Source: a virus
DNA: 64,000 nt
Direction: 5' to 3' (one strand)
IMG/VR virus record: IMGVR_UViG_3300017818_000007
Location: 64,001 to 128,000 of that record
Part shown: positions 20,201 through 28,119 of the stretch, piece after piece
Position numbering within the stretch: the stretch's first letter is position 1
Layout: the number at the start of each line of letters is the position of its first letter
Notes under the pieces: generated by a model
What the model saw: only the letters and a program-made list of their open reading frames with translations
Databases searched by the model: none
What the model was told of the DNA's origin: nothing
Translations under genes and position numbers: made by a program

Positions 20201-20866
20201 ACAACGGTAAATTATGCCGCCTCGTTCTACTAAATCGTTTATGTAATATAGTTTAGGCGTAATAGTAATAACATTGTTTCCGGTTTCAGGATCAATTGAA
20301 CTTACTGAAGTACTGTTTTGCCATGCACCCTGCCAACTATATCCTTCAGACATAATTTCCCATCTAGTAGTAGCAGGAGTACCGCTAACTTCTAAACTTT
20401 GAACTACACCAGGTACAACTAACGCACCTTCGTATGCATTATCAACTGTGGCTACTGTGACTGTTGCATCATTTACTCCGCGGACGCCGCCTACTTGATC
20501 GCCTGGAATTACAAAATATTCTTTAGCAACATAGTTTCTACCACCAGCAACAAGTGTCACAGAATATTTCTTACCGCTTCGTGTGACTGTAAAGTCAATT
20601 CCTGTTCCGTCTACTGTTGTATTTTGACCGCCAGCATTTGCAGATAGGTTAAATTCGTCATCAACACCGTTTGGTGCACTATATGGCTCTGGATATGTAA
20701 AGTCATATAAAAAGTCGCCATAAAAATCATCTTGTGATGTGTGTGCCGCTGTACAGAAGTAAACATTACCATTAACTGTCACAATGTCATCTAGTGCATA
20801 TGCGACATCAGGCGCCCAATCGCCTCTGTATTTGTAAGTAAATCTGTCTAGTTTAAACTGTGCCAT
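14282..20866 (-). CDS. Giant tail fibre/adhesin, 2194 aa, paralogue of 7737..14249
   Basis: Same architecture: eight CBM-like repeats, beta-helix (VQNVTTFGTNCVGMKIDG..ANDFTQVISGGIG), BNR propeller, FHDFLDIGTGN..TDQDGNFRVG C-terminus; also three degenerate cupredoxin-like inserts. Confidence 0.8.
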   Translation of the reverse strand: MAQFKLDRFTYKYRGDWAPDVAYALDDIVTVNGNVYFCTAAHTSQDDFYGDFLYDFTYPEPYSAPNGVDDEFNLSANAGGQNTTVDGTGIDFTVTRSGKKYSVTLVAGGRNYVAKEYFVIPGDQVGGVRGVNDATVTVATVDNAYEGALVVPGVVQSLEVSGTPATTRWEIMSEGYSWQGAWQNSTSVSSIDPETGNNVITITPKLYYINDLVERGGIIYRCTQGHQALTDADFGHANNIRFWTTHVFGSHWSGDWVGFTPYQVGDVVRAGGSTWRCTTAHTSGTNAEGLAGDQGYWERIVTGDDWLNEWAPATNYKPQDIVRYGGYVYRANAQHTSTSNFENEVDVEGWWDLVVPGIEYKGLWTAPTAHVQGGTPNTIKWKVGDMVRHSQAIYVCNATHTVTGTDEETDDPLFRDTESYWNLYVAGMAYEEQWNADTNYQPGDIVEYGGYTYYCKTFHTNKVPSVEVNDWELLSEWYNFKNDWSAVQPYKVGDVVRNHGYLYWAVIDNVGSKPDSGIKTDVSITFGTAFNWDGVTTPNKTYTRGTTLILDQSHSSNDSHPIYPADTTDGFLNVADGGNELFTGVQTTYILDDEIVASLEDYNSGFNTATVRQVIVKLEPDCPDAIYFADYNNTGSSGVQVISVSGTSNWDLLMPGVSFKGPWNDFDADSTLNAYELGDIVLWAGTAYQCIRRHDANSANSRPDQDTRKTIPVYWKVYVQGIRTNVLARPGDIKTYSAGSNERLEIGDLGTVLKGLPQTNADSSLGQGPQWDLLGDSKNNFYVALDGVDEATRGATKQNPFRTVKYALDHIAGDTVNRTPATVFVSTGEFKEILPLKIPANVAVVGDELRSTRIVPAAGYEGTDMFHVKNGCGIRNCTLQGLVGTMSAVNEFGTKRPVGGHPAFVSLDPGTGPSDSNVWVTSKSTYVQNVTTFGTNCVGMKIDGGLHLGGNKSIVANDFTQVISGGIGIWVTNGALSELVSVFTYYCHIGYLSEAGGKIRATNGNNSYGDYGSVAEGYDLLETPITANVNNRDNDATVSNVLTDLDNEIYLFGYAHAGQNYTSADIDAFSGTGSNLEAEFKEFRNKSLSQVRMLDPGDSSTPGGSGFSITTGQSQGGTGSTLLLSATDTVEDSSGVYDGKRIFITQGKGKGQYGYIQSYDPSSKVAYILRESDDLPGWDHWIPGTPIQTSLDDTAFYQIEPRVEFSKPPFATESINVNTPLDYKKVVFGNNRYVAIAQSEFGNSGTDQFVYSTNGTSWTAGNMDGSNLPQSTGRWSWQDLDYGGGKFVAVAKEGIVAVSSDGENWTMYEVTNDSTGVQTRYIAFGDNPTIEQTFKVTVSVPGDNPLYHFDGAVNTAPDISVVEGNTYTFNQNDGSNNNCPIYFSSTPEGINGGGDEYTEGVKYYLNNKQVADLAAYVSGFNAAQTRKVVWTVPNSLVGVPMYYVNYNSTGSGVQPDSSYALVRVDGRSEWLVTSNGSPEYFQSLDYGNTWTAGQLPSAESFDGGVRGMAYGSGKFVAVAGDWDSSKMRIYTKTPGNTEWAENFVSMGDMSNVESMVYGNNIFLATETNSDDVWINPTGGHGAWYRQENVLPSTGNWFLGYGQGVYVAFKPNTDEFAISENGIFWEAKTLPTTANWTTCGIGTPGNSCKFVLMGSGSPLQGSGEQNAVVIQAGRKPFARMFVKNTRAGEFWIYDPGSNYESDLLNVNNTFAVTFGRNAADTADVYFIDGSENPTLTFTEGRRYTFDLSDESLKNYGGAVVDGVVEDNIHPLNIYQDAAKTIVWSDNVVYRFGTTVVSRDVFLRDFADYANRTVEIEIQYDAPSGLYYGSTEDAGATAITIEETDAMSMTVSDPLATVDPYVKLRIANGVLPQPSFRNRGTKFRSATASVTGDGYADVYQTGNKIKVTDLTREPGPGANLSITGIDGKTYLVTKVTDITGSEPTLSATIQISPTLGVDESPDHNTALVMREQYSQVRLTFHDFLDIGTGNKNSTRYPVRYLQGFTEADEDAVKQQNETDFSDGGRVFYSSTDQDGNFRVGELFEVEQASGIITINADQFDLSGLTELSLGGVTLGGTGAVIKEFSIDPLFVANSDNVVPTQKAIAAYVKSRITGGGSSVNVNKVTAGVITSGDSGQEIDTTDGSVIQAKAKISFEGGVGGDMAARAFFAFGTDIAISDDFGGQDESGGNTNDNYGA

Positions 20867-20883
20867 TTATTTCTCACCTATAT

Positions 20884-21231
20884 TTAACTGTAATCATATG
20901 GTTGATTTACTCTTGCGACTAAATTTCCATCTTCGTTGATGTAGTAATTAATCTTTTGGTAATCCCATCTGTATTGTTCATATTTTAAGTTGTTATAAAC
21001 CTTTTCGTGGTTTACATCTCTACCTTCAAAAAAGTCTTGTCCAATATCAAAATCGTTATAGTTCTCTGCACTATTACCAGGAACGTTAATTTCAATTTGA
21101 TCATTTGGATTTAATTGGTCAACAATAGCAAGGTAAATTGTACCGTCGTCTAGTTTTCTTAAACCATAGAAGTATCTGGTATTCATACCATCTATTAGTT
21201 GTTCCATATTTCCGCCGATATAATTTGCCAT
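20884..21231 (-). CDS. Hypothetical protein
   Basis: 115-aa ORF tightly packed in the operon with a GGAG RBS. Confidence 0.6.
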   Translation of the reverse strand: MANYIGGNMEQLIDGMNTRYFYGLRKLDDGTIYLAIVDQLNPNDQIEINVPGNSAENYNDFDIGQDFFEGRDVNHEKVYNNLKYEQYRWDYQKINYYINEDGNLVARVNQPYDYS

Positions 21232-21243
21232 CGTTATCTCCTA

Positions 21244-21573
21244 TTAAGTTTGTTCCGCATAACTTATTACTGCGTCAACGCTATCTGCATAACTTGACGA
21301 AATTTGTAAAGTATGATATTCATCTAGTACTAATTTCTCACTACCATTTAATGCTCTTAGTGATCCGTTTGGTGGTATTGGAACATCTTTTGCGTAATAT
21401 GCTACAACACTACCTGCGTCTTTAACCATAACACTTCCTAACACTGTACTATCTTTTGTATTTGCTAGTGAAATGCCCATAATTACAACTTTTCTATTAA
21501 CAGGAACATTGATCGCATCAATTGGTAATTGACCTACGTCTTTTATAATTGCATTTTTTAATATCGTTGCCAT
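21244..21573 (-). CDS. Small virion protein (family shared with 7401..7718 and 25909..26253)
   Basis: 109 aa; ISLAN...VPIPPNGSL...EKLVLD pattern; follows the 1228-aa fibre. Confidence 0.65.
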   Translation of the reverse strand: MATILKNAIIKDVGQLPIDAINVPVNRKVVIMGISLANTKDSTVLGSVMVKDAGSVVAYYAKDVPIPPNGSLRALNGSEKLVLDEYHTLQISSSYADSVDAVISYAEQT

Positions 21574-21582
21574 CTATTTTCT

Positions 21583-24500
21583 CTATCCATATATTAATGC
21601 GTTTAAGAATGATAGTTCTTCCGCTTCTTGGAATGTAATACCACCCTGTTGTCCAACAACAGATGCCCATACACTACCATCCCACACTTCTAATCTACTC
21701 TGCTGAGTGTTATATCTTGTTAAACCTACAGCAAGATTAGACACTGGTCTATTGTTGTTATCACCTACTGGAAACTTAAGACCATATGTTCCATTAAAAT
21801 CCACATATCCTTCGTCTGTTCCAGCAAAGTTAATCTGTGAATCACTTACTACATTAGTTATCGTATTTGTGCCCTGATCCCACTCTACATCTCCAATTAC
21901 TACTTTACCTGTACCGTTTGGAGCAATAGTTAAATCTGCATCTGTAGCCTCTGTACTAAGTGTATTAACGTGAATTGTGTCAGTATTAAAACGTGTTGCA
22001 TTTAAATCTGCTGTTAGTCCTGCCGCGCCATTATAAAATCTAAATGTATCGTCGTCATTACCTTGTGTTAATTCTGCTGTGATATAAGTGTCTAAGTCTT
22101 GGTCAACAACACCACTTACACTACCACCAACTGCATTCCAAAATCCGTCTGCATATAATTCAAATACGTTTGAACTTGTGTTATATCTAAACATACCATT
22201 AACAGGTGTGCCCGGTCTTTGAGCAGTTGTACCTGCAGGAAGTTTAATAGCATCATCACTGTTAAAGTCTACATATCCGTCGCCGTGTGCAAAAATTTCT
22301 AAATTAGTATCGTTTCTAAATGTTTGTACAGAGTTGTTAATTAATTTAACTTCGTCTGAAATAAATGATGTTGTTTGTAAACCATCACTATCGATATAAG
22401 CAATAGTTGTTCCTGCAACATCAAAAGTAATAACATCATTGTCTGCACCAAGTGTAGTTTCAACGTTTACTTTAGTATCACCATCTTGGTCACGGATTTC
22501 ATTAAATCCGCCATTAATCACTAAGTTTCCGTCAATTACAACATCTGATGATCCATCTGGATTAATTGTTAAGTCACCGCTTGTAGTAATGATTTGATTA
22601 CCACTAATTCTAATATTTCCTGTTTCAACTCTGCTAGGATCTACAATAGTTGTATTTCCACCGTCAGTAAATGTTAAACCAGATAATGAACTAATATCAA
22701 AACTTTCTGCTTCAAATGTGACGTTTCCTGTTTCTTGGTCAACAGTAAATGCATTACCAACTCTAAAGTCACCGCTTTGGTCAATTGAACTGAATAATAC
22801 TTTACCGTTGTTTGTTTCAGTAATTTCGTTTGCTTGAATTACTCTAGAAACATCATTTTCTAAATTCTTTCCAACGCCTACGTATCCAAAGTTATGATTG
22901 ATCAATCTTAGGAGAACACCGTCGCCGTCTGCAATAACACCTTGATTTCCGTAAACGTTTGCACTACCAATTGCTCTTAGTTCAGCACCAAATTGTTTAA
23001 GATCAATAAATTCAATGCCTGTTGCACTACCACCACTTGAAGAAGAAATATCAACTTGAACTGCTACATCTTCTGTGACTGTTGTACTAGCATTTGCACC
23101 ATTAAAGTGTGTTAAAAATACTGTTGTGCTATCTCCAACAAACTCTGCTGTTGGTGTTGAAAAACCTGACAAATATCTTGGTAAACCTTTAGTGACTCTT
23201 AGTTCGTCTACATATCCTGTAAACAAGTTTGTGTTATTATAGTCGCCACCAATACCAAACATTCTTGCTGTACCATAGTTGTTTGTATCACTATATGTTG
23301 ATCCGTCTTGATTTCCGTTAACAAACAATTTTGTTCCATCGTTTGATCTAGAAACAGCAATATGGTACCAAGTGTTTGTTAGTAGTACATCTGTTCCAGT
23401 AATAACATCACTACCAGCAACAGCAACTCTTACATTAGCACCGTTAGTATAAACACTAATTGCATTATCACTTGCTTCTGTTCTCATATCAAACAAGTAT
23501 TGTGTTCCTGTGACTCCGTCAAATCTAAAGAAGCCTTCAACTGTAAAGTTTCCTTCTCCAAATCCAAAATCATTTGAACTAGGCACACTTGCATAATCAC
23601 CTGTGCCATCTAGGTATAAACTTGCTGTACCAAACTTTTTCTGTGTAGTACTTAAAGAACTATTTCCTGTTAGGTTAATAGTTTTACTTTTTCTATCAGT
23701 TGTTGTAGACCAACCTGAAACTTTACCATCAAATGTTAATCTTAATCTGCCGTCAACTGTTTCTTTTGATTCAATAGTACCTTGTGCTAGTACTGTTGAT
23801 CCGTCTTCTGATGTTAAAGTGACTGTGTCGGTGACATTAAACGTTCCTGTGTATCCCGATAAATCAACAATAGTTTTTCCGTCGCCGCCTCTACCAGCAC
23901 TACCTGATTCGCCAACAATGCCTTTGTCAGCAAAATAAACAAAACTGTTTAACCACTCACATCTTGCACCATTAGTCATATACAAACCAACGGAATTTGG
24001 TACAAAGAAAGTAGTATCATTAAACAACATTGCCGCTTCAATTGAACTTGCAGAAACTAAACTACCATCAATTTTTGCACCACGTCCTGCATCTCCACTA
24101 TCAAAACCATAAGGATCACTAGCACTAGTTGTAGTACCTTTGTTTAATACTGTACAGTTTATTATATATGGTGATTGCAATGGAACACTTAATGATCCAG
24201 CAGGATCAAAACTAAAAGCATAACCTGTGTCGTTTGACGAGTTATACTTCATATTTTTAATTGCTAAATGTTGAATAGTTGTAGCACTGTTTAAGTGAAA
24301 ACAATCTAAATCTTCTGTTGCAACAGTTGGACTAACAACAGTTGCACGTAAGCCTGCGCCGTCTACTGTGACTCCTGCTGGTACTACTAGTGGAAATTCT
24401 TCTGTATAAATTCCTGCAGAAACTTTAATAATATCACCTGAACTTGCTTGACTCAAAGCGTGTTTGATTGTTGCAAATGCACTGTCAATACTAGTGCCTT

Positions 24501-25269
24501 CTTCTGCGTCGTCACCGTTTTGTGTCACAAATAATGTCTGACCTTCTTCATTTAAAAGCAAGTTTTCAATTCTTACTTTACCTGTTCCGTTAGCACGAAT
24601 AGTTAAATCTGCATTACTGTCAATAGTTTCAATTGTTGAATCTGTAATTTGAATATTATCAATATTTGCTTGTCTAGAGTTTAGTGTTTTCCAACGTTTG
24701 CTAGGAGTACCTAGTGTGTAAATTTGATCAGCATCTGGAATAATATTTGAAACAACATCTGCTTTAAAATTAACAGTGTCTGTGTCAGCATCACCTAAAT
24801 TAATATTTCCGCCAGCAGTAATATTGCCAGTTGCATATAAGTTTCCTGTGACGTTTGTGTTTCCTAATAGTTCAATAGTACCTGTTCCATTAGGAGCAAG
24901 TTCGATAGGAGCATTACTATCAATTGTACTGATAGTGTTGTCATTCATTTCTAATGAATCAACTTGAATTCTTGAATGGTAAATTACAGGATCACCACCT
25001 GAAGGTGTAAGTTCAATAGTACCTAGTGTACTACTAATTGTGTTTCCTTGAAAAGTTAAATTACCTGTTGTTGCTGAATTTGTTGCAATCCAGTCTGTGA
25101 CTTGTACTGTACCGTTTACATCTAGTTCATAGGAAGGATTGGTCTTTTTGATACCAATGCGACCATTGTTAACATCCAAATATAATAAATCCGTTTCAAA
25201 CGCCAAGTCCACACCATTACGGAGCAGATTTGCCTTTAACAACGGACCCGAAATACGACCGACGGCCAT
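21583..25269 (-). CDS. Tail fibre/virion structural protein with beta-helix and LamG (concanavalin A-like) domain, 1228 aa
   Basis: AFATIKHALSQA..IIKVSAGIYTE beta-helix cap; KKFGTASLYLDGTGDY...FTVEGFFR...WYHIAVSR...GYVDELRVTKG LamG at about 23095-23690; DQSGDFRVG module shared with the two giants; two (L/F)P-x-G-x4-RP...RYN repeats at the C-terminus. Confidence 0.8.
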   Translation of the reverse strand: MAVGRISGPLLKANLLRNGVDLAFETDLLYLDVNNGRIGIKKTNPSYELDVNGTVQVTDWIATNSATTGNLTFQGNTISSTLGTIELTPSGGDPVIYHSRIQVDSLEMNDNTISTIDSNAPIELAPNGTGTIELLGNTNVTGNLYATGNITAGGNINLGDADTDTVNFKADVVSNIIPDADQIYTLGTPSKRWKTLNSRQANIDNIQITDSTIETIDSNADLTIRANGTGKVRIENLLLNEEGQTLFVTQNGDDAEEGTSIDSAFATIKHALSQASSGDIIKVSAGIYTEEFPLVVPAGVTVDGAGLRATVVSPTVATEDLDCFHLNSATTIQHLAIKNMKYNSSNDTGYAFSFDPAGSLSVPLQSPYIINCTVLNKGTTTSASDPYGFDSGDAGRGAKIDGSLVSASSIEAAMLFNDTTFFVPNSVGLYMTNGARCEWLNSFVYFADKGIVGESGSAGRGGDGKTIVDLSGYTGTFNVTDTVTLTSEDGSTVLAQGTIESKETVDGRLRLTFDGKVSGWSTTTDRKSKTINLTGNSSLSTTQKKFGTASLYLDGTGDYASVPSSNDFGFGEGNFTVEGFFRFDGVTGTQYLFDMRTEASDNAISVYTNGANVRVAVAGSDVITGTDVLLTNTWYHIAVSRSNDGTKLFVNGNQDGSTYSDTNNYGTARMFGIGGDYNNTNLFTGYVDELRVTKGLPRYLSGFSTPTAEFVGDSTTVFLTHFNGANASTTVTEDVAVQVDISSSSGGSATGIEFIDLKQFGAELRAIGSANVYGNQGVIADGDGVLLRLINHNFGYVGVGKNLENDVSRVIQANEITETNNGKVLFSSIDQSGDFRVGNAFTVDQETGNVTFEAESFDISSLSGLTFTDGGNTTIVDPSRVETGNIRISGNQIITTSGDLTINPDGSSDVVIDGNLVINGGFNEIRDQDGDTKVNVETTLGADNDVITFDVAGTTIAYIDSDGLQTTSFISDEVKLINNSVQTFRNDTNLEIFAHGDGYVDFNSDDAIKLPAGTTAQRPGTPVNGMFRYNTSSNVFELYADGFWNAVGGSVSGVVDQDLDTYITAELTQGNDDDTFRFYNGAAGLTADLNATRFNTDTIHVNTLSTEATDADLTIAPNGTGKVVIGDVEWDQGTNTITNVVSDSQINFAGTDEGYVDFNGTYGLKFPVGDNNNRPVSNLAVGLTRYNTQQSRLEVWDGSVWASVVGQQGGITFQEAEELSFLNALIYG

Positions 25270-25373
25270 TGTGTTCTCCTATAAACCGGGCATCCTGTGC
25301 CTCTAACCACCTTACATAGCGGGTTAACCACTGTTTGTCCTGCAAACCTAAACGGTCAAGTTTGCATTAATAG

Positions 25374-25379
25374 TATTTA
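25374..25379 (-). promoter_or_regulatory. Late promoter core TAAATA upstream of the 1228-aa fibre
   Basis: GACTAAATAC context, also seen at 27836-27841. Confidence 0.55.
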
Positions 25380-25415
25380 GTCTTTATTGGAAAAACCGTA
25401 AGTATGTAGTTAAAA

Positions 25416-25904
25416 TTAACCTACGATACTACCGTCGAAGCCGTGTATAACGGTGACGTCTTTACCTAAAGGAACAGGAGAATCAAACTTAATATATTTG
25501 TTGCCGTTAACATCAACAGTCATAGTATAGTTTACACCTGCAATTTGCACAACGTTTTCAACAAGTACAAGTACATTCTCAGCCGCGGCTGGTGATGGAC
25601 TTAGTACACCAAATTGTGTTTCAGAGGCATCGCCAGTTCCTAAGTTTTGAACTTGAATGTTTCCTGGACGATCAGATCTAATTGTTTCCCAAGCATTATT
25701 AATATATGCTTCAATCTCATTAATTTGACTATTATAACGAATTGTTCCGTTAACAGGTGCGCCACTACGTTGGCTAGTATCACCAGTACCAAGTTGTAAA
25801 CCACCAACAGCACCTTGGAAACTTACAGAGCCGTCAATGTCAACAAACACTGATTTGTCAACTATCATTTTTCTGTTAATCTGTTGTTGTTTTACAAAAC
25901 GCAT
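25416..25904 (-). CDS. Virion structural protein
   Basis: 162 aa; LGTGDTSQRSGAPVNGTIRYNSQINEIEAYINNAW repeat also found in the 1228-aa fibre, followed by an Ig-like VLVLVENVVQ...Y..F segment. Confidence 0.6.
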   Translation of the reverse strand: MRFVKQQQINRKMIVDKSVFVDIDGSVSFQGAVGGLQLGTGDTSQRSGAPVNGTIRYNSQINEIEAYINNAWETIRSDRPGNIQVQNLGTGDASETQFGVLSPSPAAAENVLVLVENVVQIAGVNYTMTVDVNGNKYIKFDSPVPLGKDVTVIHGFDGSIVG

Positions 25905-25908
25905 ATTA

Positions 25909-26253
25909 TTACACCGCTATTGTTGAAATAGTGACTGAAATAGTTGCTGGAGATGTTGTTTGACAAATGATTTTGTCACCCGACTCCATTACAAACTTTT
26001 CAGTATCCATGATAAAAGTTTCACCTGCTGGAACTTTTAACTGATGTAAAATTTTGTTAACATCAGTTGCACTTTGTCCTGATTGTACAACGTGTACGTC
26101 AAGATATGTGTCAGCATCAGTTAGAATATTATCACCTGGAATGTTATCTGCATCAGCATAATTACAGAAAATCATACTAGTAATAGCATTTTCACCTGTA
26201 GATGTGTATACTGTTGTTAATGTTGCATCTATAAAACTATTCGTTATTGCCAT
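25909..26253 (-). CDS. Small virion protein (family shared with 7401..7718 and 21244..21573)
   Basis: 114 aa; TTVYT...IFCN...VPAGETFIMDTEKFVMESGDKI. Confidence 0.65.
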   Translation of the reverse strand: MAITNSFIDATLTTVYTSTGENAITSMIFCNYADADNIPGDNILTDADTYLDVHVVQSGQSATDVNKILHQLKVPAGETFIMDTEKFVMESGDKIICQTTSPATISVTISTIAV

Positions 26254-26262
26254 ATCTTTATC

Positions 26263-27192
26263 CTAAAATATCATGCTCATTAGCATGGCTTTTCGTTTAC
26301 TTGTCACCTCTCCACTAGTACTGTTATTTACAAAAAATAGGCCAGTTCCACCGAATCCTTCTGAATCAACATAGACTTTTAAACGCCCTGCAACACCAGT
26401 AGGAGTAGCACTTGCAGTAGGTAATGTTAACACCTCGTCAACAACTACATTTCCGCTACCGTTTGACTGTAAAACTAAATCTTCGTTAGTATTAGTAGGT
26501 CTAATAGTTGTACCATCAAACTCTAAATCACCAAATGTCATGATATCACGTCTAATGTCTACTCTTGTGACATTATCAATTTTACCTAACAGTCTAGATA
26601 CAGCATCGCCTTCTTGTATGTCTTCTGCTTTAAAGATTGTGTTATCTGCTTGAATTTGTGGAATATTAATAGTTTGGAAAGCGTTATTAACATATCTTAC
26701 GTTTGGAATATCGTCATCAGTTAAGCCTGTTTCATAATTAGTAGTACCTCTAACACTTAGTTTTGCGTTAGGAGCATTTGTGCCTAAGAAAACAATATCG
26801 TCGCCTGTTGTACTAATATGATTAGTTCTAATTGCGGCTAATCCTGAACCAACTTTAAACGTAAAAATACCTTCGCCAGTACCACCGTTTGGTCTAGTAT
26901 AACTTAGTGTATCATCCCAAAGAATAGTTGCGTTATCAGCAGTTCCTCTTTCAATATCAATACCGCTTTGTCCAAGTGAAACACCATTTCCTGTTTCATT
27001 TTTGTTTAACGTAATGATAGCATCTTCAATTGCAAGTTCTTCAGTATCTACACTAGTTGTAGTACCTTCAACAATAAGATTACCTGTGACTCTTGTAGTA
27101 CCTTTTCTATTGCCCGTATTGAGGGTGATTTCTCCCGCACTTACGGTAGTAATTTTGTAGTCACCAGTGAGTTTTAAAACATCAGTTGCCAT
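26263..27192 (-). CDS. Fibre-like virion structural protein
   Basis: 309 aa; VTGNLIVEGTTTSVDTEELAIEDAIITLNK...SGIDIERGT..NATILWD motif typical of myophage fibre shafts; hydrophobic C-terminal helix KAMLMSMIF. Confidence 0.65.
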   Translation of the reverse strand: MATDVLKLTGDYKITTVSAGEITLNTGNRKGTTRVTGNLIVEGTTTSVDTEELAIEDAIITLNKNETGNGVSLGQSGIDIERGTADNATILWDDTLSYTRPNGGTGEGIFTFKVGSGLAAIRTNHISTTGDDIVFLGTNAPNAKLSVRGTTNYETGLTDDDIPNVRYVNNAFQTINIPQIQADNTIFKAEDIQEGDAVSRLLGKIDNVTRVDIRRDIMTFGDLEFDGTTIRPTNTNEDLVLQSNGSGNVVVDEVLTLPTASATPTGVAGRLKVYVDSEGFGGTGLFFVNNSTSGEVTSKRKAMLMSMIF

Positions 27193-27235
27193 TCTATTAG
27201 AATCCTATACAAGTATAGTGTTATTTAGTCAAGAG

Positions 27236-27260
27236 AAAAGGGCAAAGCGAATTTGCCCTC
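27236..27260 (-). terminator. Rho-independent terminator after 27287..27733
   Basis: Minus strand GGGCAAA-TTCGC-TTTGCCC followed by TTTT. Confidence 0.75.
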
Positions 27261-27286
27261 TCTCCAAGTTTTGGTAAAAACTACGA

Positions 27287-27733
27287 TTATGCGTTAGTAA
27301 AATCGTCGTCATCAACACCAGCCGCGTCATCGTCACCAGCCTCTTCAACTTGTGCCGCGCCATCTACTAGTGATGTGCTAAAGTTCCATGGCACTGACTT
27401 ACCATCATATGCGTTAGAACCTGTACCGTCTGGAGCAACTAGTGTTGCTTTACGACCTGAAATTTTAGAAACTTGATAAGTTTCAGAATCGTCCATTTTA
27501 AACGTGATACCCATTTCACCAGCCGCTAGTGCTGACATTAGTTTACCAGTTGTTAATGTACAAGTGTATTCAGTGTCTGAAGCACCAATTTCTGCTACTA
27601 CAAACTTTTTGCTACCTTTTTGTTTTACAATATGTCCTTCAACTACACTAGTGCCGTTGTGAAAATCAACTTTGATTTCATTTCCGCCCGCAGTAGGTTC
27701 GCCGAAGTATCTTTTATTAAGTGGTCTACCCAT
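27287..27733 (-). CDS. Conserved hypothetical (probable virion/capsid-associated) protein
   Basis: 148 aa, MGRPLNKRYFG start; strong AAGGAG RBS, own TAAATA promoter and own terminator, suggesting high late expression. Confidence 0.7.
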   Translation of the reverse strand: MGRPLNKRYFGEPTAGGNEIKVDFHNGTSVVEGHIVKQKGSKKFVVAEIGASDTEYTCTLTTGKLMSALAAGEMGITFKMDDSETYQVSKISGRKATLVAPDGTGSNAYDGKSVPWNFSTSLVDGAAQVEEAGDDDAAGVDDDDFTNA

Positions 27734-27753
27734 TTGTTTTCTCCTTTTTAGAA

Positions 27754-27831
27754 GTCCGATCCGGGTTCTATCCGGTACGCAGTGGGTTTAATACTGCATA
27801 AGTCCATTACTTCAAATGGAACATATCTGAC
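27754..27831 (-). promoter_or_regulatory. Structured 5' leader (four-way junction) of 27287..27733
   Basis: P1 GUCAGAU/AUCGGAC encloses hairpins UCCAUU/AAUGGA, UAUGCAGU/ACUGCGUA and CCGG/CCGG; begins right after the TAAATA promoter and ends before the RBS. Confidence 0.55.
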
Positions 27832-27835
27832 AATG

Positions 27836-27841
27836 TATTTA
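27836..27841 (-). promoter_or_regulatory. Late promoter core TAAATA for 27287..27733
   Basis: GACTAAATAC context immediately upstream of the structured leader. Confidence 0.55.
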
Positions 27842-28114
27842 GTCAACCCTGCTAAACAGGTGTAATAAGTGTGTTTGTGAGAACAATTTTATTGCATCGT
27901 TTATTTCACGTGCTTTTTCTTTGTGTTTAAGTTGTAAACTGTCTGTTGGTCTTCTACGGATTTCTATTTCTATATCAGATAGTTTTCTAACTTCTCTTCC
28001 TATGCTTGAACAAAACTTAATAACATTAAATTTAAACTCAGGAGCAGTCTTAGTTAACTCTCTAAGTTCTTGTTCAATGTCTTTCCAGTCTAATGAAATT
28101 TCTAATTCTTTCAT
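27839..28114 (-). CDS. Hypothetical protein
   Basis: 91-aa helical ORF between two late units; TAAATA lies 5 nt before its ATG. Confidence 0.5.
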   Translation of the reverse strand: MKELEISLDWKDIEQELRELTKTAPEFKFNVIKFCSSIGREVRKLSDIEIEIRRRPTDSLQLKHKEKAREINDAIKLFSQTHLLHLFSRVD

Positions 28115-28119
28115 AACTG

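Noticed and set aside
12645-20850. CRISPR array or diversity-generating retroelement suggested by the repeats
   Set aside because: The repeats are degenerate protein-level repeats without identical DNA units or spacers; no reverse transcriptase or adenine-specific TR/VR pair was seen.
7842-25000. Numerous 60-112 aa ORFs inside the giant fibre genes
   Set aside because: Fully nested in long, motif-supported ORFs with no independent signals.
27754-27831. tRNA gene
   Set aside because: Cloverleaf-like, but arm lengths are wrong and there is no TTC loop, canonical D loop or CCA; kept as a leader structure.
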